Source: Octopus vulgaris
Lineage: Eukaryota
Assembly: GCA_951406725.2 (NCBI GenBank)
Contig: OX597814.1
Coordinates: 40,176,001-40,240,000 of the forward strand
Length of the DNA stretch: 64,000 bases
Direction: 5' to 3'
The notes below the pieces were generated by a model. That model saw only the letters and a program-made list of their open reading frames with translations. It searched no databases and was not told the origin of the DNA. The position numbers and the translations under genes were made by a program. Below, piece after piece: positions 43,177 to 57,581 of this stretch (positions are counted from its first letter, which is position 1; each line of letters starts with the position of its first letter).

Positions 43177-44158
43177 TTGATTATATGAAATGCCGCTCAA
43201 AATATATTGATTGAAACCATGCAGGATATACAAAATGCAGAATATGAACTGGTTTTTTCTTTAAGTTTTCTGAAGACGTCGAGAAAAAAATATCTCTACA
43301 ATTCACACCCCACACTCTTCAATAAAATTTTAATTTAAGGAATTGAGATATTGATGCTATGCAGTCACGTTAATTATGAAAATTATGATCGTTCCACTAT
43401 ACAGTGCAAACGCTGAAAGCAGTTGAAAAGGCCTGTTTTAGAATGAAGTGGCTAATGTCTACGTTCGCGCTAAGAATAATCTAAATAAACCAGGCGTCTT
43501 GACTCTGATATTGTAGACTACATGATTTAATGACTTAAATCTGTTTTCTCAATTACTGTTGAAATGTAAGCTCACATACTTCTCTATCTTTCTTTATTTT
43601 TCACCCCCACCTGCTTCACTTTCCCACTCTCCTTTTTCTAAAGCCTGCTACAATTCCCGACTTGGCAGTTAGGAAAAATCCAATATTAAAAATTATTTTG
43701 AACAGTGTAACTGCAGTAAACTTTCCATTTAAAATTAAAATATGTCATATAATTTAATTCATCTAGAGTTCGCTTATTCATAATGTAGCCTTGACGCTGA
43801 TAATCTTATTTTCAGTTGCACCAGGTAGACCACCATCACAAATCACTCACTGATGTTAAGGATTTTATTTAACGTTACGGGTTTGAATCTGAACAGGGTT
43901 TATTTTCGTTGGTATTTCCCACATATGAAGACAAAAGAGTCAGAAACGTTTAGGAATTCTACAGACATGGTATTTTTTAAAAATTTTACAGTACGACAAA
44001 AATTTCTCAAATCGGTGAATTTCCATTTAGAATTTCAAATATCTAAAAGACATATTTCCACTAACTTGGAGATCTTTTATTCTTAAACCATTGTTTCATT
44101 GTTTGGCAGTCATGCTGATATATATATATATATATATATTTATTTATTATATAGAAGG

Positions 44159-44209
44159 AGCTTCTACAGGACTAGTACTGTTTCATTCAAGAGAAATCTT
44201 CAGGAAGCT
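44159..44209 (-). ncRNA. Type I hammerhead ribozyme (left arm)
   Basis: Exact reverse complement of 49790-49840. Confidence 0.8.
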
Positions 44210-45166
44210 ATTTAACAAGAATTGTATTAGCATTTATACATTTAGGCAGGTTTAAAGGAGTGGTGGTGGGGGACTTTTTGGGGGTAGGCATAGCGCAAAA
44301 TATCATACTTGGGGGAGTGGTCAAGGAGTCAGTGGTAAGTTAGATGAAAGAATAGATAAATAAAAAAATAAAAAATAAAATAAAAAAATAAAAAAATATA
44401 AAAAATAAAAAATAAAAAATAAAAAAATAAAAAAATAAAAAAATAAAATAAAATAAAAAAATAAAAAATATAAAAAATATATATAAAAAATATATATAAA
44501 AAAATATATATATAAAATATATATATACAAAAAATATATATATAAAAAAAAAAAAGGGGGGATAGAGTTATAGGTAAATAAGGAGATTCTCACTTATACC
44601 TATACACACATGTCTACGTATCTACACACACATACATACATACACATATATATACACACACATATACATATATACATATATATACATACATATACATACC
44701 TACACATACACACATACATACATACAAATATACATATACATATATATATATACAATCCAATACAGGCCCATTCCCTAATTTTAATTTTATTATCTTCATT
44801 TATTACTTTTGTTATCTTTGATCGCTAGGGCTAAGAATCCTAGCAATGGCTGCAGTCCATTTGTCTGTCTACTAGAAGGCAAGTACTCATTCCCGCACGC
44901 ACACTCATTAGCACGTACATTCACCCATTCGTACACTTATACACATACACGTACGCACGCGTTATATTCATACATACAAACAAACATCTACATACGTTCA
45001 CGTATATACACATACGTACTCGTACCTACAGATTCGTGTCTACACTTTAGGAGGCTAGACTATACATATACACCAATAAATATACATATATATATATATA
45101 TATATATACCCGCATATACATACACACACACACATATATACTCCTACATACAGATACATACCTATA

Positions 45167-45200
<34 letters not shown>

Positions 45201-45425
45201 CATGCATACATATATATATATATATATACATACACATACATACACATACACACATACATATACACACACATACATACACATATATATACATACACAAACA
45301 TATATACACACATATATATATACATACACACATACACACATACATACGTATACATACATACATACATCCATACATCCATACTTACATGCATTTATACGCA
45401 TACACACACCCATCTATATATATGC

Positions 45426-45457
<32 letters not shown>

Positions 45458-45737
45458 TCACACATACATATACAAATCCACGCACACACATACATACAAA
45501 CACGCATACGCATACACGCACATACACATATACATGCGTACCCATACACGTGCACACACGCACGCGCATCCATATATATACACACACACACATATATATA
45601 CACGTGTGCAAGCATACATACATACTCATACGCGCACACATACTTACAAATACATATATGCACACACTTACACACATATATATACATACACATATACATG
45701 CATACATACATATATGCATACATACACACACGCACTC

Positions 45738-45770
<33 letters not shown>

Positions 45771-45847
45771 TATATATATACATATATATATACATACATA
45801 GATACACATACGCATACATACACATACACATACATACACACATATAT

Positions 45848-45892
<45 letters not shown>

Positions 45893-46093
45893 TACATATA
45901 TACACACATACATACATATACATACACACACACATACATATATACATATACACTGATACACATACCCATACATACACATGCATATACTTATATCACTACA
46001 TACTCACATATATAAACATATATACATATACACACATACATATATACATGTACATACACATACGTATGCATATATATACATATACATATATAT

Positions 46094-46144
<51 letters not shown>

Positions 46145-46404
46145 TACACACATATACATGTATACATACGCAAAAATGATACACATATATACACATACAC
46201 ACACACAGACAGATGCATATACATACATATATATATATAAACTACATATCTATATAAATACATACATAATACACATATACACACACATATATATATATAC
46301 ATTCATGCATATACATATACAAGTATACACATAGATACACACACACGCGCACACATACATATACACACACACATATATACAAATACATACATACATACAC
46401 ACGT

Positions 46405-46447
<43 letters not shown>

Positions 46448-46819
46448 TACACATACACGTACCCATATACATATGTATATATATATCAACAAGGGAGGGT
46501 AAAGTTAATTAGTTATTAATCAATTTCATCAAGTGTTCAGTATGTAAAGGGACCATTATTATTTTGAGTAAACAATGTTAGAGGGAAAAAATTCTCTAAG
46601 TAGTGGAAGAGGCTAAAAAACTTTATTGGCTGCTATTTCTAGAAAGTTTAGTATGTGGCAAAGTAATTTATTTTATTTTCCTAATCCCTAATTATATAAT
46701 ATTTTATACATACATACACAAGCACATACATTTACACATACATATGCATATACATATATACACATATACATACAAACACATATACACATATACACACACA
46801 CACACATACAAGCACATAC

Positions 46820-46868
<49 letters not shown>

Positions 46869-47106
46869 AATATATATACATATATATTTTTTTACATGCA
46901 TACATACACACACACACACATAATACATGCGTATATTCCTACTGTACCCATGCATTTCTATACAAATATACATACATACATACGATACACATATACAAGC
47001 GTGCACATATAATATGTGAAAGGTCTTAGGAGAAAAGGTAATCGGGGGTTGCTAGGGGAACAGTGGGGTTGGGGGGGGGGTTGTAGGGGGGTTGTAGGGG
47101 GGGTTG

Positions 47107-47369
47107 TCATCAATCAGGTTGCCGGGTAGGTCTATAGTTCTTGTAGTTCGCATACTTCTTATGCATACAATTTGGGAGTGTTCTGAAAATTTGTTAAGGA
47201 GAGGGTCTTTGGCGAACAAGATCTCTAGGCTCTCTGATATGCATAGGTCACAGCAGGTATGTCCTCCTGTGTACGAGCGCGCCTTCTGTAGTAGTTTCCA
47301 CTTGGTCTTGAAGGGGTTTGAGTTCCTTTTAAGGTACTAGATGTGGGCGGCGAGGGTAGTTTGGTTGGT
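47107..47369 (-). pseudogene. PLE GIY-YIG endonuclease C-terminal fragment
   Basis: TTLAAHI*YLKRNSNPFKTKWKLLQKARSYTGGHTCCDLCISESLEILFAKDPLLNKFSE/..CMHKK. Confidence 0.85.
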
Positions 47370-47544
47370 AGTTTTTTAGCCTCTTCCACTACTTAGAGAA
47401 TTTTTTCCCTCTAACATTGTTTACTCAAAATAATAATGGTCCCTTTACATACTGAACACTTGATGAAATTGATTAATAACTAATTAACTTTACCCTCCCT
47501 TGTTGATATATATATACATATGTATATGGGTACGTGTATGTGTA

Positions 47545-47587
<43 letters not shown>

Positions 47588-47847
47588 ACGTGTGTATGTA
47601 TGTATGTATTTGTATATATGTGTGTGTGTATATGTATGTGTGCGCGTGTGTGTGTATGTATGTGTATACTTGTATATGTATATGCATGAATGTATATATA
47701 TATATGTGTGTGTATATGTGTATTATGTATGTATTTATATAGATATGTAGTTTATATATATATATGTATGTATATGCATCTGTCTGTGTGTGTGTATGTG
47801 TATATATGTGTATCATTTTTGCGTATGTATACATGTATATGTGTGTA

Positions 47848-47890
<43 letters not shown>

Positions 47891-48095
47891 GTGTATATAT
47901 ATGTATATGTATATATATGCATACGTATGTGTATGTACATGTATATATGTATGTGTGTATATGTATATATGTTTATATATGTGAGTATGTAGTGATATAA
48001 GTATATGCATGTGTATGTATGGGTATGTGTATCAGTGTATATGTATATATGTATGTGTGTGTGTATGTATATGTATGTATGTGTGTATATATGTA

Positions 48096-48150
<55 letters not shown>

Positions 48151-48193
48151 GTGTATGTATGTGTATGTGTATGTATGCGTATGTGTATCTATG

Positions 48194-48254
<61 letters not shown>

Positions 48255-48534
48255 GAGTGCGTGTGTGTATGTATGCATATATGTATGTATGCATGTATAT
48301 GTGTATGTATATATATGTGTGTAAGTGTGTGCATATATGTATTTGTAAGTATGTGTGCGCGTATGAGTATGTATGTATGCTTGCACACGTGTATATATAT
48401 GTGTGTGTGTGTATATATATGGATGCGCGTGCGTGTGTGCACGTGTATGGGTACGCATGTATATGTGTATGTGCGTGTATGCGTATGCGTGTTTGTATGT
48501 ATGTGTGTGCGTGGATTTGTATATGTATGTATGA

Positions 48535-48568
<34 letters not shown>

Positions 48569-48795
48569 GCATATATATAGATGGGTGTGTGTATGCGTAT
48601 AAATGCATGTAAGTATGGATGTATGGATGTATGTATGTATGTATACGTATGTATGTGTGTATGTGTGTATGTATATATATATGTGTGTATATATGTTTGT
48701 GTATGTATATATATGTGTATGTATGTGTGTGTATATGTATGTGTGTATGTGTATGTATGTGTATGTATATATATATATATATATATGTATGCATG

Positions 48796-48829
<34 letters not shown>

Positions 48830-49789
48830 TATAGGTATGTATCTGTATGTAGGAGTATATATGTGTGTGTGTGTATGTATATGCGGGTATATATATATAT
48901 ATATATATATGTATATTTATTGGTGTATATGTATAGTCTAGCCTCCTAAAGTGTAGACACGAATCTGTAGGTACGAGTACGTATGTGTATATACGTGAAC
49001 GTATGTAGATGTTTGTTTGTATGTATGAATATAACGCGTGCGTACGTGTATGTGTATAAGTGTACGAATGGGTGAATGTACGTGCTAATGAGTGTGCGTG
49101 CGGGAATGAGTACTTACCTTCTAGTAGACAGACAAATGGACTGCAGCCATTGCTAGGATTCTTAGCCCTAGCGATCAAAGATAACAAAAGTAATAAATGA
49201 AGATAATAAAATTAAAATTAGGGAATGGGCCTGTATTGGATTGTATATATATATATGTATATGTATATTTGTATGTATGTATGTGTGTATGTGTAGGTAT
49301 GTATATGTATGTATATATATGTATATATGTATATGTGTGTGTATATATATGTGTATGTATGTATGTGTGTGTAGATACGTAGACATGTGTGTATAGGTAT
49401 AAGTGAGAATCTCCTTATTTACCTATAACTCTATCCCCCCTTTTTTTTATATATATATTTTTGTATATATATATATATTTTATATATATATATTTTTTTT
49501 ATATATATTTTTTATATATATTTTTTATATTTTTTATTTTTTTATTTTATTTTATTTTTTTATTTTTTTATTTTTTTATTTTTTATTTTTTATTTTTTAT
49601 ATTTTTTTATTTTTTTATTTTATTTTTTTATTTTTTTATTTATCTATTCTTTCATCTAACTTACCACTGACTCCTTGACCACTCCCCCAAGTATGATATT
49701 TTGCGCTATGCCTACCCCCAAAAAGTCCCCCACCACCACTCCTTTAAACCTGCCTAAATGTATAAATGCTAATACAATTCTTGTTAAAT

Positions 49790-49840
49790 AGCTTCCTGAA
49801 GATTTCTCTTGAATGAAACAGTACTAGTCCTGTAGAAGCT
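49790..49840 (+). ncRNA. Type I hammerhead ribozyme (right arm)
   Basis: Helix I AGCTTC/GAAGCT; CTGAAGA; helix II tTTC-tctt-GAAt; GAAA; helix III ACAG/CTGT; GTA site ending at 49834. Confidence 0.82.
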
Positions 49841-49923
49841 CCTTCTATATAATAAATTAATTTTACTCTGCTATGTATTGAGTACCTTACTTACTGTGGT
49901 TAACCCCGAATCAACCCGGGACC

Positions 49924-49974
<51 letters not shown>

Positions 49975-51328
49975 TAAAAATCCGTTTCAATCTTGCTTGC
50001 TTGTAATGTTACACAACGAAACTGGTGCATTATGGGAAAATATCATTTAGTATTTACTACACACTAAATAGCAAATATACGTGGTAACTAGTCATACAGG
50101 AAAAATAGCTCATGGTTTGTTATGTAGATGTATGTATCTGGATGTGTGGCTGTGTATATATGTATTTATGTATATATATATATATATATACATGCACGTG
50201 TGTGTAACCAAATGGATATGAAAGTAAAGATATAGACGTACAGACGGATAGGTACATAGGTACTATAAACAGACAAGCACACATACCCAGACACAAACGC
50301 TAATTAAGATATAAACACATGGCCATATAAGCACACATTTCACTTCATACAAGTACAAATATCGAGACACACATCCACATGTATGTTGATACACATCCAT
50401 ACATTCATCAACACATAGTCACAAAAACACATACACACACTGGGAGACACACTCAGACATTCACACACAATGAGACAGCGGTACGCACACATATAAAAAC
50501 ACACAAACACAAACATGCAAAGCGTTAATATACAGAATACATGCATACATACGCACAGACACACACAAATATACAGACACTGCAGAATCATGAATTAAGT
50601 GTTCCCTGAAATGTTAATACGATTTGAATGAACTAAGTTTCGCGTAAATCGATACTTTTCAATATATTAGAATTTCAGACTATAAAAACCCAAAAGAGTG
50701 CTTAATGGGAAAATGTTCCGAAAATAATATTCATGCTGAAAGGGAAGGAACTCATATCTTCCTATTAGTGAATTACAACGACAAAAAAATCAACAAATGT
50801 ATCTCTTATAATTTTTTATTTTCTCCTTTGTTAAACGCAATATTTTAATAATTTAGAGGTATTTGAAAGTGCATGTGATTTCAAAAATGCAAGCTGTTAC
50901 TGCAGTATGTATATATAATCTCTCTTTAAACTGACAATATTCTTATGTATTTTAAAATAATTCTCAAGTGAATACCATTGCAAATATTCTTTTTGGCATT
51001 TAAAAAAATATTCTAAAGTGAAAATGACTTTCAAAGTACGGTTGATATTTCGTAAAAGACCCATTCATAAACTGGGTGTGAAATAGCTTTTTTCGAGTGC
51101 ATTCAACGTATTTCCCCTCCATATGTTTGTATGCTATTTCTAACATGCCATGCTACCATGTAACAGTTATTTGCAATGCACGACTCCAAATGTATGTTAC
51201 GTGGTAGCAGGGCGTTCAAAAAATAGCAGTCAAATCTTTCCAGCCCACGAAGCAAAATTCTGCTGCTGTGAAACTCGGAGGTTCCTGGTGACCCTACGGG
51301 TCACAGGTAGTCTAGACTAGTGTATGCG

Positions 51329-51380
<52 letters not shown>

Positions 51381-51479
51381 TTCATATCTATATATATATA
51401 TATATATACGTATATATACATATATATATATATTTCTACACATATATATATATATATAATTATAAGTAAGGGTTAATTG

Positions 51480-52075
51480 CAACAGATTGCTCAAAACCAC
51501 ATACTAAAAATATTAGAAATAGTATTAAGCTTCTTAATAGGAAATTCTCCAGACATTCATACGATTGAACACTACACATAGTAGACCTATCAATTTTAAC
51601 TTCAATACTATTGTCAGTGAAGATATATATAGGTTTAGATAGATCTACTGTTAGCATTTTCTTAAAGCCTAAATGTAGATTTGTGGTAATTACATCGAAG
51701 TTTCAATGAAAAAGAGGATGCTCTAATGTAAACATGTTCTTTAAGAAGAAAAGTGTTAGGGCACTTATATACGATATTTTTCGAAAGACATTAGTTATTA
51801 ATGGGACACAATGCTTTTTTTAATACGTTTATATAGAACAATATTATGTTGATTCGTATTAGGTATGATTGGTTCAGATTGACATATATCAATAGTATCG
51901 TTATTGGAATTGTGAAAAGTGACCTATTGATTATTTACTGTATGCATTATATTTCAATTTATTAGGTGTTTAGAAATTGCAATATTAGACGTGCTGTCGT
52001 TTCTTGTAGTTTTAAGAGCAGTACGGTGTAATTTTCTAGAGTTGAATCAACTATATATCAAGCAATATTGGGCAG
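51480..52075 (-). mobile_element. Decayed PLE GIY-YIG region
   Basis: CPINN*CLSKNIVYKC...VYIRASSFSLKLRCNYHKSTF. Confidence 0.72.
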
Positions 52076-52360
52076 AGTAGAGTATGACATTAATTGTGTA
52101 TATGTGTGTCCGTGTGTGTGTGTGTATGTTTATGTATACATGTATGTAAGAATATAAGTATATGCAATGAATAAAGAGTGAGTGGATTCATTAAGAATTC
52201 AACTTGACATACATATTGGCCTTCACTTCCCATATTATGAACAAAGTAAAAGTTGTAACTACACTAAAAATATTTGCAACTGCATAGAATTAATTATGAA
52301 TATACTTATGAAACATACACAAACATACACAGATATATATGTATATTTATACACACACAC

Positions 52361-52396
<36 letters not shown>

Positions 52397-52534
52397 TTAT
52401 GTATTTATATGTATATATATATATATATATATGTACATTTATACGCCTATAGATATGAATAGATATTTTAACAATACGTATATACATATATATGTATGTA
52501 TGTATATATATATACATATATATATATGTGTATG

Positions 52535-52573
<39 letters not shown>

Positions 52574-53724
52574 AATACATTTGTGGAATTAAGCTATATA
52601 TCTTGTGTCATAAGATGTCAAATTTGTTTCTTTTACAAGACTTGGTTGTGCAATTCTCCATAATAGTTAAAAAGTTGGGGTTAATAGGGAAGAATAGTGG
52701 TAGAATCAATTTTGTTACAACATATATACGTTTGCTCTCAAAGCGCTTTTCAAAACTTTTGATTTGCCTTTGGTCCTTAAAAATGTCCAATATTCATTTT
52801 ACCTGGCCTTCAATGACCCAGCCTCCAGTCATCAATTTTTCTGAGGGATGATCTGACTACTTTCAAAGCAAAACTTTCTTCAAAAGAATATCGCCTGTGG
52901 TAGTTTGCCAAGATTTCCTGGAGTTATGCCAATATTCAGCTGTCATTGCTGATATTCTTAGCGACGTCTAAATAATTAGCGAGAGGAAAACTACAAAAGT
53001 TCACGTTATAGGATCATAAAGAAATACTTGCAAGTTCGTTTTGAATTGACAATATCATGAACATTTTTTTTTTTTTGCTGGTGACGTGCCAAGTTATTTA
53101 TTTTAAGCACCTATGTATTTTGCATAAAAGGTATGTTGCAAAATATCCTAATATTCGTTGAACTATATTGACTGGATGATTGAAATATGAAGTTGGCTAT
53201 GTTAATTACCGACTCAACACTCTAAGTCGTAGAGTGCATTCTGTTATTGAAAGAATATTCTCTAGTTTATGACACTTAATAAACAAAAAATGTATTGGAA
53301 ATTGATTCTTGCTTTCATAAAAATCCAAATAGAAATTCCTTTAACCAACAGAATTATGATTATGGATGCAAACATTCTTATATATCTATCGATTTACCTA
53401 TCTATTTATCGGTCTGTCTCTCTGTATGTATATATCAATCTATCTATATAATACATTTGGGTCTGTATATATATTATATATTGTATATATATATGTATGT
53501 GTATATTTTTATATATTATATATATATATATACATACTAAGCAATTAAGGGTTTAGCAACGAATTGCCTTACCGCACACCGAATTTAGAAATAGCAGTCA
53601 AAGAGATTATAGCTATTTCTTCTACTAAAAGGGAGATCACAGTAAAGACACAACATTTGAAAGGCAAACACAAACAGGTAAGAGAGAATGAATTAACGGC
53701 AATCTATCATACAGTTTTAACTCA

Positions 53725-53816
53725 CCTACGGACGTACGTTTCGAGATCAAGTCTTAGGAAAGCATAAGAATTAGATAATTCTACCTTACCCAGACGTCTT
53801 CTTTCATCAGCGCAGG
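53725..53816 (-). ncRNA. Type I hammerhead ribozyme with long helix II
   Basis: CCTGCG-CTGATGA-[~60-nt hairpin capped by GAATTA-tc-TAATTC]-GAAA-CGTAC-GTC-CGTAGG; helix III ACGTACGT is palindromic. Confidence 0.82.
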
Positions 53817-54310
53817 ATACAAACAATCATGAATGATTGAATATTGAATTTTGAGATACTAGAAGGCACCAACTCAACTCAGTATCAGAGCGAGCTAGAA
53901 GCCACAGCTAGTATCACCAAATTCAAAGTATGAATGAAAGCTTGTGTCACCAGTCCCTTCCCACCCGCGTGTAGCCAAGACAAAGTGCTGTGGTCATTTA
54001 CTGGGATGAATATGGTTATGAGTAACAATGAAGGGTGAAATTAATTAATTTGGAATAATTATCAATTACACCAAGTAGTCTTCGGCATGTAAAAGCCTCA
54101 TTCGAGGAAAATTTAAGTAATACTAAGCAATTAAGGGTTTAGCAACGAATTGCCTTACCGCACACCGAATTTAGAAATAGCAGTCAAAGAGATTATAGCT
54201 ATTTCTTCTACTAAAAGGGAGATCACAGTAAAGACACAGCATTTGAAAGGCAAACACAAACAGGTAAGAGAGAATGAATTAACGGCAATCTATCATACGG
54301 CTTTAAGTCA

Positions 54311-54402
54311 CCTACGGACGTACGTTTCGAGATCAAGTCTTAGGAAAGCATAAGAATTAGATAATTCTACCTTACCCAAACTTCTTCTTTCATCAGCGCA
54401 GG
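54311..54402 (-). ncRNA. Second copy of the hammerhead ribozyme
   Basis: Same core and helices I and III as 53725-53816; two substitutions in helix II. Confidence 0.8.
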
Positions 54403-54538
54403 ATACAAACAATCATGAATGATTGAATATTGAATTTTGAGATACTAGAAGGCACCAACTCAACTCAGTATCAGAGCGAGCTAGAAGCCACAGCTAGTAT
54501 CACCAAATTCAAAGTATAATGCATACATGTACACATAT

Positions 54539-54607
<69 letters not shown>

Positions 54608-54612
54608 CATAT

Positions 54613-54662
<50 letters not shown>

Positions 54663-54750
54663 GCATACAATGTATGTGTGTATTTGCATTTATAATTAAT
54701 ACAGAAACTAGTATATGTATGTGTACATATATGTATGTATACATAAACAC

Positions 54751-54870
54751 AGGCGCAAGTGTCATTGTTTTAGCATCGGGATTACAATTGAGGTTGTGAG
54801 TTGGATTCACGGACCGGACTGTGTGTTGTGTTCTTGAGCAAGACGCTTTACTTCACGTTGCTCGACTTCA
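54751..54870 (+). mobile_element. SINE family C 5' fragment
   Basis: ggaccggac..gtgttcttgagcaagacgctttacttcacgttgctc. Confidence 0.7.
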
Positions 54871-55678
54871 ATCACACACCACAAACACACATCTATGTAT
54901 GGAAAAGAGGAGCAACGACAGTTCTTGCTCATGTGTAAACTTGGGATTGCAAGATTTCACCTAGAATGTTCCCTTCGCAGGCACAATCCGAGTAAGGCTG
55001 TTTATAGAAGACTGGCAGTTGACCGAGCATCTTATTCTCCCATCTGAAAGCCACGGCACTGTCCAGTATATACACATACATTATGTGTGTGTGAGAGAGA
55101 GAGATAGATAGAGAGTGTGTATATGTGAGTGTGTTTTTGCTTGTTTCTCTGCCCGCTACCTCTTTTCTCATTCCTACTACTGGCACCTGACTTGTTATTA
55201 TCCTTTATGATTACCCTCTTAGCGTTACCCATACTTTTCGTCTTCTGTATTGCTTGTTTATCAGTCTATGTTCATTAGCGTTCTGTTATATTTTGGTCCT
55301 ATTTCCCGGGAACTTCTTGCCGGTCGCCAACAGAAAAAAAGTAATATTATCGCTAAAGGCGAAAATTGCATCTGTCTCACTGGCCAACACCCGATTAACA
55401 CTTGGTGACTCTTCGTCCGTCTGTGCATTTACAATATGCTTTTCAACTTGCCATTGTGTATCTGTTTTCCGTTCATGTGTGCATTTATAATATATTTTTA
55501 ACTTATAAAGAAACACACGCCCACACACACAAGCAAACACGTACATGATCACACACGCATATAAATATGATATGATCTGAATGATATGATATATATATGT
55601 AAAAAATGTAATATATAAATAAATATCTATAAATATGAACCATCCGATCTTCTGATTACCTCATTTCTTCTATATATA

Positions 55679-55714
<36 letters not shown>

Positions 55715-55718
<4 letters not shown>

Positions 55719-56420
55719 ATATTAGGGAATAAATCCAAATTTACAGGGAAAAAATCAGATTTAGGATTAAATCCAATCTTATAGTAAAATATTATATAAT
55801 ATTAATTAGAGACAAAACCACTATTTTGCAAAACAAACAAGGAAATACTTAATCAACACATAAAATTTTAATAAAAAGTTTAAAAAACCGCCACTACAAT
55901 TGTTTCACGTCTAATGACAATCTTCAGGTGGATTTCCGATCTAAAATATCAATATATTAAAATATGAGTTTAAAATAATTTTAAAATAATAAAAAATATA
56001 AATATATAATCTATATATAACCTATATATAATCCATATATAATCAATATATAATCTAAAATAAACCCTATCAACAATTAAATATAAAACAAAATAAAAAT
56101 AAACTATATATACACACATACGCATACACTTATAACTAAGTATATATAACCATATCTAAATACATACACTAACTCACACATCTATATATATATATCCCTA
56201 TACATACACATAAAAACGTCTAGGCAACGATAAATAAATAAAATAGCCAAATACTTCAACACATTACTTATTCATACTCCCTCACACACACATACAACCC
56301 ACATACACAAACAATATACATATACCCGCTCACACATACATATACATACATACAGATCTCGATATATACTCCAATATATTCACACCCACATCTATACAGA
56401 TAAATAAATTACGCAAACAA

Positions 56421-56454
<34 letters not shown>

Positions 56455-56756
56455 TCCCGTATACATAAACACTCAAAAGAAAAATAAACAATTCTTTACA
56501 CGTGGTGATCGAACGTATTTTAAAAAATTATGAATGGAATAATACATATACATACGTACTAAACTCAATATATACAACAATATGTTCACACCCACACTCA
56601 TACAGATAAATAAATTACACAACCAAAATACGCACACACACACACATTCACACATACATAAACACTCAAAATAAAAAAAACATTACTACACATAATACGA
56701 TATAGAAAATACTCCATAATTAAGTTTGTTTTGCAAAATAGTGGTTTTGTCTCTAA

Positions 56757-56765
<9 letters not shown>
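55715..56765 (-). mobile_element. pLTR-derived element with inverted end and intact hammerhead, in (TA)n
   Basis: About 55800-55838 is inverted at about 56724-56762; start homologous to 14510-14660; hammerhead at 55891-55931. Confidence 0.75.
55891..55931 (-). ncRNA. Minimal type I hammerhead ribozyme
   Basis: CCAC-CTGAAGA-tTGTC-atta-GACGt-GAAA-CAATT-GTA-GTGG; palindromic helix III ACAATTGT. Confidence 0.85.
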
Positions 56766-56807
<42 letters not shown>

Positions 56808-57136
56808 CATACGAATATATATGCACACTATATATATATATTGTGGTGTGTGGTATAGGCGTCAGGTTATTGTGGTTAGTATTTCATGGTTATAAGTTTG
56901 ATTTATGAATAAGAAACAGTCAAGTACTGGAGGCACACTCATGCTCTTCCGTTTCCCTTCATTTAGTTTCTTCTGAGTCATCTGTATGGTAACAAGAGTT
57001 ATTAATATCCGTTTCTAATGCTGTACATGTGAGAATTAGTAACTCTTGAGATATGTTACCGAATTATAATTTTTGCTTGACTACTACATACAGACACACA
57101 CATATGTATTACGTTTTTTACATTTTGTGACGTCCT

Positions 57137-57178
<42 letters not shown>

Positions 57179-57444
57179 ACACACACACACACAGATATAT
57201 ATATGTATATATATTATAGTATATAATAATATAAAATTTTTTCTCCTCGTCAGCGAGAAATACGTAAGACATCAATGAAATACTCATACCCATGGAAGAA
57301 GCAAGCATGGGGATTACTCTCAAAAGTGTAGGAAGTAACTGTGTCTAGAGAGAGGTTGTAGATGGAGGTAGATTGGTCTCAGTTATTAACATCATCATCG
57401 TTCTTCTCCTTCATCTTCTTCTTCTTCCTCTTCTCCTTTTTCTT

Positions 57445-57475
<31 letters not shown>

Positions 57476-57496
57476 TTATTATTATTATTATTATTA

Positions 57497-57581
<85 letters not shown>

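Larger units (their letters stand above)
44142..49927 (-). mobile_element. 5'-truncated Penelope-like element with inverted giant pLTR (palindrome)
   Basis: Arms 44142-46622 and 47370-49857 are near-identical reverse complements; the spacer carries a GIY-YIG C-terminus; hammerhead in each arm; (TA)n on both flanks. Confidence 0.88.
53535..54517 (-). mobile_element. 586-bp tandem unit (one full plus 397 bp) with one hammerhead per unit; pLTR/retrozyme-like
   Basis: 53535-53931 repeated at 54121-54517 with about 6 substitutions; flanked by TA-rich microsatellite; shares a motif (54033-54092) with the pLTR at 46497-46550. Confidence 0.85.

Noticed and set aside
44809-49187. 330- and 332-aa mirror ORFs and many overlapping ORFs
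   Set aside because: Translations of CA/TA microsatellite in the palindrome arms; no protein-like composition.
53564-54353. Duplicated 67-aa ORF MPYRTPN...
   Set aside because: TTG start, antisense to the hammerhead, and duplicated only because the 586-bp unit is; no recognisable domain.
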